Below are positions 36,707 to 49,939 of a stretch of DNA of 64,000 bases, in pieces. The position numbers were made by a program, and so were the translations under genes. Under the pieces are notes generated by a model. It was not told where the DNA came from, did no database searches, and saw only the letters and a program-made list of their open reading frames with translations. The stretch is taken from assembly GCF_018350175.1 (NCBI RefSeq), contig NC_058368.1, positions 65,784,001 through 65,848,000 on the forward strand. Direction: 5' to 3'. How positions within the stretch are numbered: the stretch's first letter is position 1; every line of letters begins with the position of its first letter. This DNA comes from Felis catus (taxonomy: Eukaryota).

Positions 36707-37755
36707 AACTGCTATTGGCCAGTACTGACATTAGATTCATTAGAAAGGTATAGGATGGGAAGCCCAGCTTGCCGGCTGTCGGCTTCAAGACTTCTCTTCA
36801 GGCAGAGGCCTTGTAGCAAGCAGTCTATATAGCCGAAGAGATCGCTTTTGCCATGTGGCTGACAGCTCAAATACAAGGAGGTAAGTCCAGACCAGGCAGT
36901 GAGCAGACCCGCCTTGGCTTAGATGCCTCCATCCACACAGCAGCCAATGTTTCTGACAGAGTCGTGTGCCTGTCCCCATTGAATATAAGGGGCGTGATAG
37001 TAAAGTCACCACATTCAGGAACACCCAAAACTATGAAGATCATTCTGGATCTTGACAGTTTGATTTCTCGTTCCTCCAGGTCTAGACCCAATTTGCCAAT
37101 CAGGGTCATTTTTCCTGTAGGTACTGTTCCTGAGTAATATAGTTGGTATGTACCAAGTGACCAGGGGACAGTGCTTCAACATTCACTGAAGGTCAAGTTT
37201 TCTCATGAGGAAGGAAAAAGACTTCTGGTAACCATTTACTGACACGCCTGGGTTAGTGGACATCTTTTCTTCTGTCTCACATATTCTCAGAGTCATTGTT
37301 AAGACCACTGGATTATTTGGGGGAGTTACCACAAAGTGCTTTATACTTTTAACTTGATCAGGAGATAAGTTATGCTAATAGTATACACTTTTCTCCTGGC
37401 TCTCCTTAACATATTACTTTTACCAGAATCCCAGACACTAATGACACACTTGATGCTATATTTAGTAAAAGTCATTTATAATACCTGCATGATGGATTAA
37501 CTTTTACAGGAACTCTTTTTAATAATATAATGTTGTATTCTGAGGAACAGCCTAATGCATAAATTAACTAAGTTAATACGGAGGTATACTCATCATAATC
37601 ATAATAAGGGTTGGTTCATCAATAAGCATCTATTTAGAAGCCCCAGTGAATCATGTCCTGTTCTGGGTTATGGAAATTTATGGCGAAAAAGACAGAAAAA
37701 ACTTCTTTAAGGAGCTTGCACTGGACTGGGGAGAGACCTCCAACAGGTTTAAAAC

Positions 37756-37965
37756 GGCGCCTGGGTGGCTCAGTCGGTTAAGCGTCCGACTTCAGCTCAG
37801 GTCACGGTCTCGCGGTCCGTGAGTTCGAGCCCTGCGTCGGGCTCTGGGCTGATGGCTCACAGCCTGGAGCCTGCTTCCGATTCTGTGTCTCCCTCTCTCT
37901 CTGTCCCTTCCCCGTTCATGCTCTGTCTCTCTCTGTCTCAAAAATAAATAAACGTTAAAAAAAAT
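37756..37965 (+). mobile_element. Young SINEC_Fc
   Basis: ggcgcctgggtggctcagtcggttaagcgtccgacttcagctcagg..., CpG-rich, A tail. It sits within L2-like sequence. Confidence 0.96.
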
Positions 37966-38249
37966 TTTAAACATAATGATTTCAGCTGTAGTCAGCCAAT
38001 GTAGTAGATAGGGGACGGGGTGGCGTGGGGTGGGATGAGTAGAAGTGGCAGAGGAATGAGGAGTGCCCGATTTAACCAGAAAGATCAGGGCCACTCGAGG
38101 CCCGGGGGAGGAGCTGCCATCTTAGTTGAAGCAGGAAGGGTTGAAAAAGAGACACCCATGCCAAGTCCAAGGGAGAAGCATCCCAAGAGAAAGAGGAGCA
38201 AATGCCCCGAGATAGAAAAGTAGTTGATATGCACCCAGATTGTGATCAT

Positions 38250-38480
38250 GACACTTACTGTACTTATGGCCAATAACCACTGGGCTTACTATGTGCCCTG
38301 GCACTGTGCGAAGTACTTAATGTTCATTATCTCCTTTCTTTTTCAAACCACGCACAAGACTACGGAGGAGACCCCTGGGCCTACAGGGGTGAGATGACAT
38401 GCTTAAAGTAACACAGCTTTTTACATTTCATACCTGAGACTTGAACCCAGGTCCAAGACCTAGATTCTAAAGCATTGTCC
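38250..38480 (-). mobile_element. MIR
   Basis: gcttactatgtgccctggcactgtgcgaagtactt...gacttgaacccaggtc is MIR antisense. Confidence 0.7.
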
Positions 38481-39356
38481 TCAAGCCAAACCTAGAGGTT
38501 TCTAGAACCACATTGTTGTCACTGACTTCAGTCTTGCTCTGCCTCTTGCCTCTGAAAAGCCGAGGGAGGCTAACAAAGAAACAAACAAAGATGCCAAGAG
38601 TGATCAGGGAGAAATAAAAAGCACATGTGTTTGGCCAGGCAAGCATTACTTTGCAGTCTATTAGCTACAGTTAAATATTTAACACCTTTGAAAGCTCTGG
38701 GTTGATGACATTTTCAAATTGCCCATTTCTGTTTACTTTGAGGCAGACTGCAACGTTACTATATTCGAGAACAGTCAGCTCAGCCTTGCTCTGCTTAAAC
38801 GGAGTGGTTCGTTCTTAACACCCAAGGCAGAAGTTGGCTAACATTGTCTAAACAAACCAGTTTCAACAGAATTTTAAAGTTACTCAGAGATATATTGCTG
38901 TCAGAAAATATTTCTCTGAAAAGGCACAAAATTCTGCAACATGACTCATTATTTGCTGACTGTTTTTGTAGGCAAATAACGGACTTTTTTTAAATGGAGG
39001 GCTGTAGCCATGGAGGGCTCAAGCCAGAAACAATAAACTCCCTTTGGAAAGCACACAATTCAGTTTCATTTGCCTTTAAAACCTTTTTTTTTTTCCATTT
39101 GTACATTTTTCCCCCACTTTAAAGAGCACTGGCCTGGAGAGACACGCAAACATTTTTTCACAGGTAACTATTTTAGAAGAACATAATCCAGGTAATCTAT
39201 CATAGTTATGCTTTATCAATTTAGGAGGGTGCATTTCATTATATTAACAATAATAACAATAATGACTCATATGTGTTGGACCCTTACTATGTGCAGACAG
39301 GTCAAAGCACTGTAACTACAACCTGAAATAAATGCTGAGAACAGTTTGTGAAAAAC

Positions 39357-39568
39357 TTTTTTTAACGTTTATTCATTTTTGAGAGATGGAGAGAGACAGA
39401 GCATGAGTGGGGGAGGGGCAGAGAGAGAGGGAGACACAGAATCCGAAGCCAGCTCCAGGCTCCAAGCTGTCAGCACAGAGCCTGACGCAGGGCTCAAACC
39501 CTCCAACCGTGAGATCATGACCTGAGCTGAAGTCAGATGCTTAACCTACTGAGTCACCCACACGCCCC
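39357..39568 (-). mobile_element. Can-SINE (within a MIR remnant)
   Basis: Tail ttttaacgtttattcattttt; head ...gagtcacccacacgcccc. Confidence 0.95.
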
Positions 39569-42325
39569 GAGAACCTTTCCATTTTACAGAGGAAGAAGCT
39601 GAGCCCAAGACACCAACTCTCTTTCTTGCCCTCACAAAACTGTCTCCAGAAGAATATGCAAAGTATTCCTTTTGAACCGCGATGTCAGACTGGCATAATG
39701 AACTAATATTACCTGGATCCATTAATATATTGCATTGGTTGATCTTTTCAAGGTATGTTCAGTTACATGTATTCACCTGGAAAGCCAGAAAAAAATTGGA
39801 ATGTGTGCCTCTGCCCTTGGCTTCACTAGAGGAACTTTGGAAACTCCCACATGGTAGACAGTTACTAGGTCAATTGCAATCCTTGTGTATGTACCACTAA
39901 ACGTGACTTAAAAACATTTCATTCAGGCGTACCTTGTTCCTGTTAAGCCATCATATCCATCCCCTTCCCTGTTGACTGATTGGTAGGCATTTAGAAATGT
40001 CAAGTGGCTATAGAGCTGGGTTGGATTTGGGAAATTCTTTTACCAAATAATAACCAGCCACACAGAGTAAGTACAGTTAAGGTTATGGTTCAGCACATTT
40101 GCCCGTAGAGCTAACTCCTGTCTTGTTTTCCTTATACATAAAGATGCTTCGAATAATGAAGATTGGGGCTTAAACCCACATCTGACTGAGTTTAAACACA
40201 ATTGTCTTCCCACAATGACACACTTCTCATTGGTCATTCTTCTGACTCCAGTGCTGGCCCCCTACTTGGTACCATGCTCTGCCGTCATCGCCAAACCATA
40301 GATAAAAGGATCTCACACAGGGGATGAAACTTAAGTGTTCAAGCCAATGTTCATTTCCTCTCCCAAGCTCCCTTTCCTGCTTTCTTATTTTCTCCCCTTT
40401 TCTGGGCTTTTATCTCATATATGCTGGCAATTCTTTGTATTTCCTAACTCTTATGTCACCTAAGATTGATGCCTCCTAGCAATATTGGCTAAGCCAAGTT
40501 AAGCCTTTCCATTTGCTCAGATAACTCTCCCAGACCCACCGAATCATATTCTAGCCTTTTATTCAGAGTTCCTGTGTGCTCCAACACAACTTCTTTGTTG
40601 CCAACGAGGTTTTTATTGTTTGCTTAACAAAATTATTTCATTAAGTGAATGGCTTTAGGGGTCCATTTGGTTTTATTTTACTACTGGCTTGGGAAAAAGA
40701 TATACAGCTTTTGTTAGAGTATGTCAAAAAATGGGATCTGTACCTATAGAGACATTACTTTTTATGATTTATTTCCCTGAATAGTAATAAAATTATTTTA
40801 TAGGTTTACTTTAATACATTTAATTGCTGCCTGGAGAATTCCAAAGCTAATATGTGCAATGGTACTGCTAATGTGTATTGCATTGTGGATCAGTAAATCA
40901 TAGCCAGTCATGTATCGGTATCTATATCTATAGATCTATGGGTCTACACGTACCTCTACTGCAGCTGTATCTCCATCTATATGTAGATTTATATAGAAAT
41001 CTTACACCAACTAGGAGTCCTCTTTTATTAAGTTTGAGCTGCCATGTTTTAAAAAAGAAAAAAAAAAACTACTTCCACCTAAAATATATTAAGGGAAAAG
41101 CAAGTTATCAAGTCTACTGGACTTTCATTTATAACGCCAGAGGAACACTCAGTGTAAGTGAGATCTTGAGAGAGGAGTCAAAGGTGAGCTTTTTCAATGC
41201 TGGTAATTAATTCTTGCTTTGCATAGGCTAATTGAGGGCAATCATTGAATACTTGATGTCATTTCATTTCCTAGCTGTCAATGGGACTACAACCTGCTTT
41301 CCCTGCTAAATCTGTTAACCTCTGTGCCTCCCTTTGCTGGGAGGGGGATGTTAAAGGTAGAGGGACACCAAGAGCTTGGTTCCTTTTTTGGTAAATGTCA
41401 ATATTTTTCTTAAAAGAATGTTGTCCTCCTTTGACTGATTTTTCTTTTGTTAACATCTCTGTGAAGGCATACACATACACAAACACAAAAACAGCAACAG
41501 GTTTTGGCACTTTGGGGACCAAAATGAGTAAACTAGAAGATGGTTTCATGGATAGTCTGCTTTGTGTTGCAAATTAATCAGTGCTCCAATACATGGAAAT
41601 ACATTCATTAATTTGCTCAGCAAATGGTGACTGGGAATCTGAGAGGTTATAGGCATTGTGCTAAGTATTGGAGAGAGGAGAATGGCAATTTAATCCTGCC
41701 TGCAAGCAGTTCCGAGACCAGTGTTGAGGTTGAGGTGACTTCGGTACACCTATGTGGATGTGGCCATTGGAATCACTGGTAATTTTCTTGGGTACCCACT
41801 TTCACAATTATGGAATCTGTTCCTCTTCTAAGCTTCTATCCTAGGAAAAGTCTCCCGTGTCACTTTCCGCAGCCGCTCTCACTAGCTCCTCTTTTCCTTG
41901 GTCCTCACCCCTGCCCAGATAAATCCCATTTCAAGAAATGGCATACTTGGCAATGATTGAGCCCATAAAGCCAAGTCTTCCTCAGGGGAAGATATGTATT
42001 GATGAGTGTTTTGGGTTTCTGGATTGGCTGGATACATTTTCCTTGATGGCCAGTGAGATTATGTCCTTGTCTTTTTCCATCAAATAACTCCGAGAACTGT
42101 ACCAAATCCTTGTTGAACAAATCACGTTTCTTCTAAAAGATAAGTGACATAAATATTTCTGGGTTGGTTTTGTTTTGTTTTGTTTTGTTCCTTAAACACT
42201 TGCCAATTTTGATCTCACCATATGTTTAGAATTAACATTTTACTGTTATTTGTTTGGGTTTGTTTGTTTGTGTTTACATCTGATAAACAGTGATAGCCCT
42301 CTTCTCTATAAAGAAAGATTTTCCT

Positions 42326-42544
42326 GGGGTGCCTGGATGGCTCAGTTGGTTAGGCATCCGACATCGGCTCAGGTCGTCTCCATCGTGAGTTCGGGCCCCT
42401 TCTCTGCCTCTGTGCTGACAGCTCAGAGCCTGGAGCCTGCTTAGGATTCTGTGTCTCCCTCTCTCTCTGCCCCTCCCTCACTCACACCCTGTCTCTCTCT
42501 GTGTCTCTCAAAAATGAGTAAGCGTTAAAAAAAAATTTTTTTTT
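42326..42544 (+). mobile_element. Can-SINE
   Basis: TSD aagattttcctg at 42315-42326 and 42545-42556. Confidence 0.95.
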
Positions 42545-43859
42545 AAGATTTTCCTGCTGTTTTCTTCTGATTTCACAAATGTATGCAAATGATGCCCTGG
42601 AACAGGAAGACTGTGCTCTCCTCCATTGTCACAGTTTGTAGTAAAGGGTTAAGGACATTTTTCTTTTCCTTATAAGTCTACAGAATACAAGTTACCTTAC
42701 AAACGAGAAACCAGACCCAAATTTTATATTTACCTGCCAAATATAATTTTCTTTTTCATATTGTTTTCCAGCCCAGTTTATTATTCATATTACTTTCTAT
42801 GCATAATTTTGTGTGTTCTTTGAGAAAGCGGACTGAGACTACTATCTTTATAACCTCCTCAGAGCTTACCGTGCACAACACAACAGAGCAGCTAAACATA
42901 CTGGGTTGAATTTATTGGGTTTTAATCAATGCTAATTACTATTTTTTTTGTATAAGCAATATCATTTATATCCAAAAAGCGTTTTAACATACTTAATGCC
43001 ATTCTAAATCAAATTTGCTTCTTCAACTCTTTCTGGGGTCTATAGTTAAAAATTAATAATTGCATGCTCATAATTCATAATAAGTCTAGAGATGATTTAG
43101 GAAAATGATACAAAGCCTCGAAGTATTCATGTACCTGTAGAGCACATCACTTGCCCCAAGTTCCAGTAACGCTGCGACTGAATAGCGGAGAGGGCACCCC
43201 TGCATCCACTATTGTCTCTCATAGTTCCGTGACTTTCAGTGTCTGTGAGTCAGTTTCAGAGATGGCTTTATTCTTCTCAAAACACTCAGACGACTTGTTA
43301 GTATATTCTGTGTGTTTTTGCCCCAGTGTTTACTGTGTCTCCTTTTCGGTGTGGTCCAATTCTTTGTCCTTTTGCCAAACAAGGATGATAAATATCTTGC
43401 AGTCGTGAATGCAAAGTTTGGAGACCACCTGCCCCCCTGATTTCCTCAGAGGCACCATATACTTACCTTAGTGATGAATGCAGGGGACATGACAACTTAA
43501 GTCATCTGATGGATGGTGAGACTCTTTTGCCCTACAGAGAAAGACTATTCTGGACTTTTCTTCAGGTTCCCCAAATCTGTTTTCATGATCCTCTGGAATG
43601 GGAAGACTATACTCTTTCCAGTGGTGGAGTTTGTAGTAAAGGATTGAGGACTCTTTTTTTTTTTTTAATCTAAGGAATGAAAGTTCTCTTACAAAAGGAA
43701 ATCAAACCCAAAATACAGAAGAGTACCAAGATTAGGAGAAGTTAGGTAAAAATAGAGCGAAAGTAGTCTGATGATGTTTAATTTAATATTTAGTCACTGA
43801 GAAATAATGAAGAGAAAAATAAATATGGATTCAAGATTTCAAAGAAAATACTGACGGCC

Positions 43860-44075
43860 AGGGTGCCCGGGTGGCTCAGTCAGTTAAGCATCAGACTTTG
43901 GCCTAGGTCATGACTCATGATCTCACAGTTTGTGAGTTCAAGTCCCCCATTGGGCTCCGTGCTGACAGCTTGGAGCCAGGAGCCTGCTTCAGATTCTGTG
44001 TCTCCCTCTCTCTCTGCTGCCTTCCAGTTTGCGCTCTGTCTCTGTGTCTCAAAAATAAATAAACATTAAAAATAT
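43860..44075 (+). mobile_element. Can-SINE
   Basis: Head gggtgcccgggtggctcag; TSD atactgacggc / atactgacagc. Confidence 0.94.
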
Positions 44076-44152
44076 ATATACTGACAGCAGTGTTTTTTTT
44101 TTTTCACAATATGTGAAGAAAACATGTATATCAGCAGCTCAGAATGAAATAC

Positions 44153-44303
44153 AGGGCCACCTGGGTGGCTCGGTATGTTGAGCGTCAGACTTCGGCTCAG
44201 GTTATGATCTCACTGTTCATGGGTTCAAAGCCCCACATCAGGCTTTACGCTGACAGCACAGAGCCTGCTTCGGATTCTCAGTCTCCTTCTCTCTCTGCCT
44301 CTC

Positions 44304-44345
<42 letters not shown>

Positions 44346-44376
44346 CCCCCCCAAAATAAATAAACATTTAAAAAAA
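44153..44376 (+). mobile_element. Can-SINE
   Basis: Head, (CT)n, A tail; TSD gaatgaaata. Confidence 0.94.
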
Positions 44377-45651
44377 GGAATGAAATATATATGTGTGATT
44401 ATGTGTATCAAATTAATTAACTGAAAATTTTTAAAAAAGGTAAAAAAAAAAACCACGATTTTTTTTTCCTCAAGAGTACATCACCATAGGCTACACACAT
44501 GGTGAATTACATTCCTCCATATCAGTTTCCATTTGCAATTGTAAACAATTGGCTCAGCCACCATTGTGGATTTTTTCCAGTCTCTTCTGAAGAAAGATCA
44601 GGGGTCATCTGAAGATGACCCCTGGCTTGTTGAATTGTTAAAAACAGCATATAAAATGACCCCTGCAGCTTTCTCCAAGCTGGTGCACAGCATTCTTCAT
44701 TATTAAACAGCTGGCCCTATTGCTATATGAAATGTCATTGAATTTACCTTAATGGCTTAATGTTTAAAAAAAAGTCGATTTTTAAGATATAACTTCTGCT
44801 CTTATCTAATACTACTTCTATTAAAGATATGCCATTGTTGATGTTTGAAACAAGTCTTAGAACAATTGAGTAGTCTGCCATTTGCCCTTGTCTTTGAATC
44901 TATATTTTGAGCATCATCTTTATTTATTTCGTTATGTTTCTGTTATCATAGAAAAATGTATTAACAGAAAATGACTGGATTTTATGTGATATGATAGATT
45001 TTTTAAAAATTTTGTTTGACCTTGACCTTATTGAGTGAAAGTTTCTTTTTTGATGATCTGTGTGTATGAAGAATTATTTTAGGCACAGCACAAAAATGGA
45101 TCCATAAAACCAAATATATTTTCAAGGATCTTACAGACTAAAAGAAATATATAATTATACTTTCTTTAACTGCTTGCTTATTCTTTACTAAAAAAAGGCT
45201 TTCATGTGCATTGCTTTGATCTTGTGAAGATTATAGGAATTATTATTTTGTGAATGAAAAGCAGGAGTCCAGAAACAATTAATTGACTTACCCAAGTTAA
45301 GGCAGAGAGAGCCATGACCTGTACTTTGTGCACGTCTAGAGTCCTTTACACTACATTTCCACCCCTGGAATTTGGATCCTGAAAATTTATATGTTAGAAA
45401 CACTTGAAATTACCACTATGAGGAACATAAGGAAGGGGGCAAAGGCCATCAATGACATTAGGAATGACCCTGTGGGGTAGTTCTACAGATTAAGATGATA
45501 CAATCTTCTATGCATATCTGAAGCTGCCTGTTTGAAACATAATATTAGCTATAAGACAGATAATCGGGGCTAATACATTAACAAAATCTTGTATATGAAG
45601 TAAAATATTTTTTTTCTTTTAGGGTCAGCATCTTTTGAAAAAATAAAGTGT

Positions 45652-45708
45652 CTTTTTTTTTCTTGATTTTTTAGAGAGATAGAGATTGAGAGAGCAGAGA
45701 AGGGGAGA

Positions 45709-45745
<37 letters not shown>

Positions 45746-45867
45746 GTAAGCAGGCTCCCTGCTCAGTGTGGAGCCCAGAGAGGAGCTTAATCCCAGGATC
45801 TTGGGATCATGACCTAAGCCTAAATCAAGAGTCATATTCTCAACCTACTGAGCCTCCCAGGTGCCCC
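45652..45867 (-). mobile_element. Can-SINE
   Basis: (GA)n body; head ...gagcctcccaggtgcccc. Confidence 0.93.
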
Positions 45868-47559
45868 TGGAAAATAATATATCTATTTTTAAAGTAACAG
45901 AAGAATTCTAGAGAGTAATAAAATAAATGTCCAAGGCCACACCACTCATCACTGATACTCCTCAAAGTCACATGCAGTATCTCAACCTGTACTGGAAAGT
46001 TCCATGTTCTCCCACCCACCACACTTCCATCATGCAGTCTACATTCCATTCTAGATGCTTCTTCCCCAATCCCTCAAGCATATATATACTTCTGTGCTTT
46101 GAGTAATTCTGTTCCCTCTTCCTAGAATAGTCTTGCTGCTTATTGCCACTTATGTGAGAGTGATTCATTCCTCAGGACCTTTCACAATTGCCTTGCTAGA
46201 ATTGCCTCTGCCTCTTTGTCCCAGTAGCTTTTGGTTTATGCCATAAAATTTCAAGTAGAAATTATACCCTCACACAATGATTAGCTGTAAATGTTCCAGG
46301 GTTTTGCCCGCACTGTGCAATGCTCACAACGGTGTCCCTGTGCCTAACATAATGCCATGTGCATAAGGTAGTACCTATAAACTGAATCTTTATTTAATGG
46401 AACCACACAGAGATAATCAGAGGGAGGGTGGGGGGTGAAATAGGGTGACAGATATAATAATAGGCTTTATTCATGACTTAGAAAGAATGATTTTTCTAGG
46501 TTTGAGAACTATTAGAAGTACTTGTTTCCTGCGGGCCCAGATCTCAGAATAAGGAGACCTGAGTATCTGCTTCTGCTTAACTGGACCAGAGCCATCCTGT
46601 ACAGATATTTTGGCTGCTCTTTGCTTCCTTCTATCTAGACCGTTGTATCTACACTGAACAGCCCTCCTTCTCAAAATACAGAGTTACACAGCCCTAGTTG
46701 TGTTCACACTAGCTTCCCACTAAAGCCCATACCTTTCAGCTTCTCTCAGATGCAGAAGGAAATTTCTCAAGTCAGGTTTATTTTAGGTTCATTTGATCTG
46801 TTTCAGGAGGCCACTGCTAAAACCTCTTTTTCTATTCGTGATCCCCTTTTTTGCTGTATCCCTAACAGAAGTAGTCTGTCACTTATATATCTACTTGAAG
46901 AGAAAGTCTCCAAGCTGCTTTAAATTCATGCTTGTAAGTCCTTGAAAACTGGAATTCTAGTCAAATCAATCGTGTTTTCCACTGGAATGGGTGGATGGTT
47001 GTGGCATATGCCTTAACACACACGCAAATAGCCACAACAAAGACTCGGGTTGTGTCTGAATGCTGCTGGACCCCAGGGGGGCAGGCCACTGAGGTGGTGA
47101 GATAGTGTTTCCTGCAGGAATGCAAACTTGAAGTGAACTTTGCATGATAAATAAGTTGAATTGAAGTGGAACCAGGCTCCTGGAAAAACTTGAACAGAGG
47201 TAGAAAAGGGAATTTGTGTTTAACAACAGGGAGTAATCTAACTCTCTTGGGGACAGGATTTTGTAGGCATTAAAGGGACGCCTTAACTAACCAGGTGCCA
47301 TTAATATCAAGTAGAAAAATGGTACATTCACTCGAAAGCAGGTGACTAGATGTTAAAATTATGATTCTAGGGGACAGATCTGGCAGCATCAGAAGACTAG
47401 AGGCAAGGGAATCATTTCAAAGGTTTTTGATTATACAGACATGAGGGATAAGGGCCTGGATTGGAGTAGAAGGAAGGAAATATATCGTACAGAATGTGAT
47501 AAATGGAGCAGAAAAGAAGGATATATTCTTTCAAAAAAATTTCATAACTTTTGAAAATG

Positions 47560-47750
47560 TATTGCATTGGTTCTTAAAGTCTGGCATGGGTAATTACCAT
47601 CTGGGGATTTTTTTTTTTTTCCACTGGCTCACTGGCGTGGTACTGTTTCTGAAGGCCTGGGGTGGGGCTTATGAATTGATATTTTAAGAGAATGACTCAA
47701 TCCCTTCTGACACAGGTGGTCCATAGATCACAGTTTGAGACGCACCAACT
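47560..47750. mobile_element. MER5-family hAT element
   Basis: ttggttcttaaagt...ggcctggggtgggg...ttctgacacaggtggtccatagatcacagtttgaga. Confidence 0.6.
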
Positions 47751-49182
47751 TAATCCATGTGAGGAAGGAAAAGAGAAGTGGGGCACTGGTGACAGTCAAA
47801 CAATTATCCTGTGCAGTCCCGTGTATTGATTGCTTTCTAATTTCAACCTTTATTCTCTAGCCATGTGTTAAGTTCATATTGTAAAATAAATACAGGGGCC
47901 TTGGCAATAAATTTTGAAAAGGAAGAATAGTGAGGGTAAACTCCCCCATACCATACATCAAGTGATGTAATTAATCATCCTGGCTCTGTCTGGAGAGATG
48001 GAAATGCTTCCCCAGAACTGGGGGAGGTGCTGACTTTGCATCCGGGTGTAATTGTTATAACCAGACGACTAGACTGAAGAAGATAGAGAGTCAGAATAGA
48101 AAAGTCCTGAAAATGAAGCAGTACAATTGCCTCAAAAGTGGAGACAAGAGGAAGAAGGTAAAGGAGCAAAATACTCTACACAGGAATTTCGAGACAGCTC
48201 CAGGACGGTCCTGATCAACACAATTGGAAGAGGTTCACAATTGAGGCTGGGCTCTTGTTTGTTTCTTGCTCAAGAGTTCTAGGCTTTTGATGACCATAAT
48301 ATTTCCCATGATTTTGGCTATCATCTTATTAAAATGCTACATTAAATAAGGAGAAAAATATCTTATCGTTCATATGAACATCTTGTCGGAGTGGACATAA
48401 GTACCATATTCTTTTCCCCTTTCCACTAATGAAATGACATAAGCTATTAGGTACATACACAGCTACTCTACAGTGTCAGCTAGTCAGCTGCAAAATTTCA
48501 AGCTGGAAAAAAAATCATTTTGTGAACCATTAAAATGCAATAAAGCATTTGAAGACCGAAAACTTTTGTTCAGTCAAACATAAAAGTTAATGAAATTATT
48601 TAAATATATGCAGTTCAGAAACAGTTTAAAAATCTCTTGCATGATATGACTAAGCAACCTGGAATATATTGGAATGAAAAATTATACACATACAGAAAAT
48701 AAGAGGTTAATAAGGATTGTCATCGAAACCTGAACTCCGTTTAGTGAGTGGCACAAGATTAGTCTTTGCATTTAGAAAAATGTGATTTTACTTCCAACCT
48801 GGCAAGCCTATTATGTCTGCATTTCCTCAGACTTTTACATGGCCTTGAGCAATTTGGGCTGGAGCCAGATATAACAGTTTTATTTCAGCAAATCACTTCC
48901 CATTGTTGTACATTTTAAAGATGTACTGAAAGGTACTTTCATGTCTGGAAATATCAGCTGATCCCACAGCAATAATACCGCACTTATACGGCCTTTATAT
49001 AAACCACAATGTTTTCTTTAACAATTAAACTATCCTAGGAATAGTAATAAATACAAACTACTCTATTACCACATTAAAAAAAAAAAACACCCTTTTTTTT
49101 TAAAGAGTGCCGTTTATTTAACCCATGAAAAATGTCCTATTCTTTTAATTCTCAAAAAAAAAAAAAAAAGCTGCTTTTATGA

Positions 49183-49416
49183 GAGTGGTTGTCAACTTTT
49201 TCTGCAAGGGGCCAGAGAATAAATGTATTTTGCTTTGTGGGACCATAGGACCTCTGCCCCAATTCTACTTTGTATAATTTCTACTCTGTAACTTTAGCGA
49301 AAAGCAGCCATAGATAATATATAAATAAATGGGTATGTCTGTTTTCCAATAAAACTTTATTTACAAAAAAGACAGTCAGTCAGATTTGGCCTACTGGCTA
49401 TAGTTCACTAGCCCCT
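49183..49416 (+). mobile_element. MER58A-like hAT MITE
   Basis: caactttttctgcaaggggccagag...aaagcagccatagataat...ccaataaaactttatttacaaaa...gatttggcc...atagttc..gcccctg. Confidence 0.88.
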
Positions 49417-49737
49417 GTGCTGTGAGATTGTTTTTCTAACATGTCAGTCGTGTAAATATATAGAGTTATGTCCCATACTCTTAGCTGCAAGGTCATGACA
49501 GCCATGCGTCATAACTGAAGTTATGAACAGTGCCCAGTTTTGAGACGATCATTAAAGAAATGAAGCAGATATGTAAAGCTGGCAAGGATTTGGGATGTAC
49601 TCAGAAATTCTCTAAGATACAGGGTATAGTTTACCATTTCTAGTAGGTAACAATGGAGTGTATTATACCACTACGAATGATATTTGGAAAAACAACACTT
49701 AACTGAAGTACTCTGCCCTGTTTACTCTTTCTCCCTC

Positions 49738-49740
<3 letters not shown>

Positions 49741-49790
<50 letters not shown>

Positions 49791-49794
49791 ACAC
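49741..49794. repeat. (CA)n microsatellite
   Basis: About 21 perfect AC units plus an interrupted tail. Confidence 0.97.
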
Positions 49795-49939
49795 CTTGTC
49801 TCCCTGGCAAATGTTTAACCCTCCTCCAAATTGTTCTTTCTTTAACCCTTCCTGTAGGCTAGGTGGGATATCTCCCAAACGCATTGATTTCTATTTGCAG
49901 TTCTTATGCTCTGTCGGACTAATGTGCTTGCATGGGTAT

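Noticed and set aside
44599..44624. Palindrome as a minimal hAT MITE (CAGGGGTC termini)
   Set aside because: No 8-bp TSD flanks it (agaaagat vs gcttgttg). Kept only as a palindrome finding.
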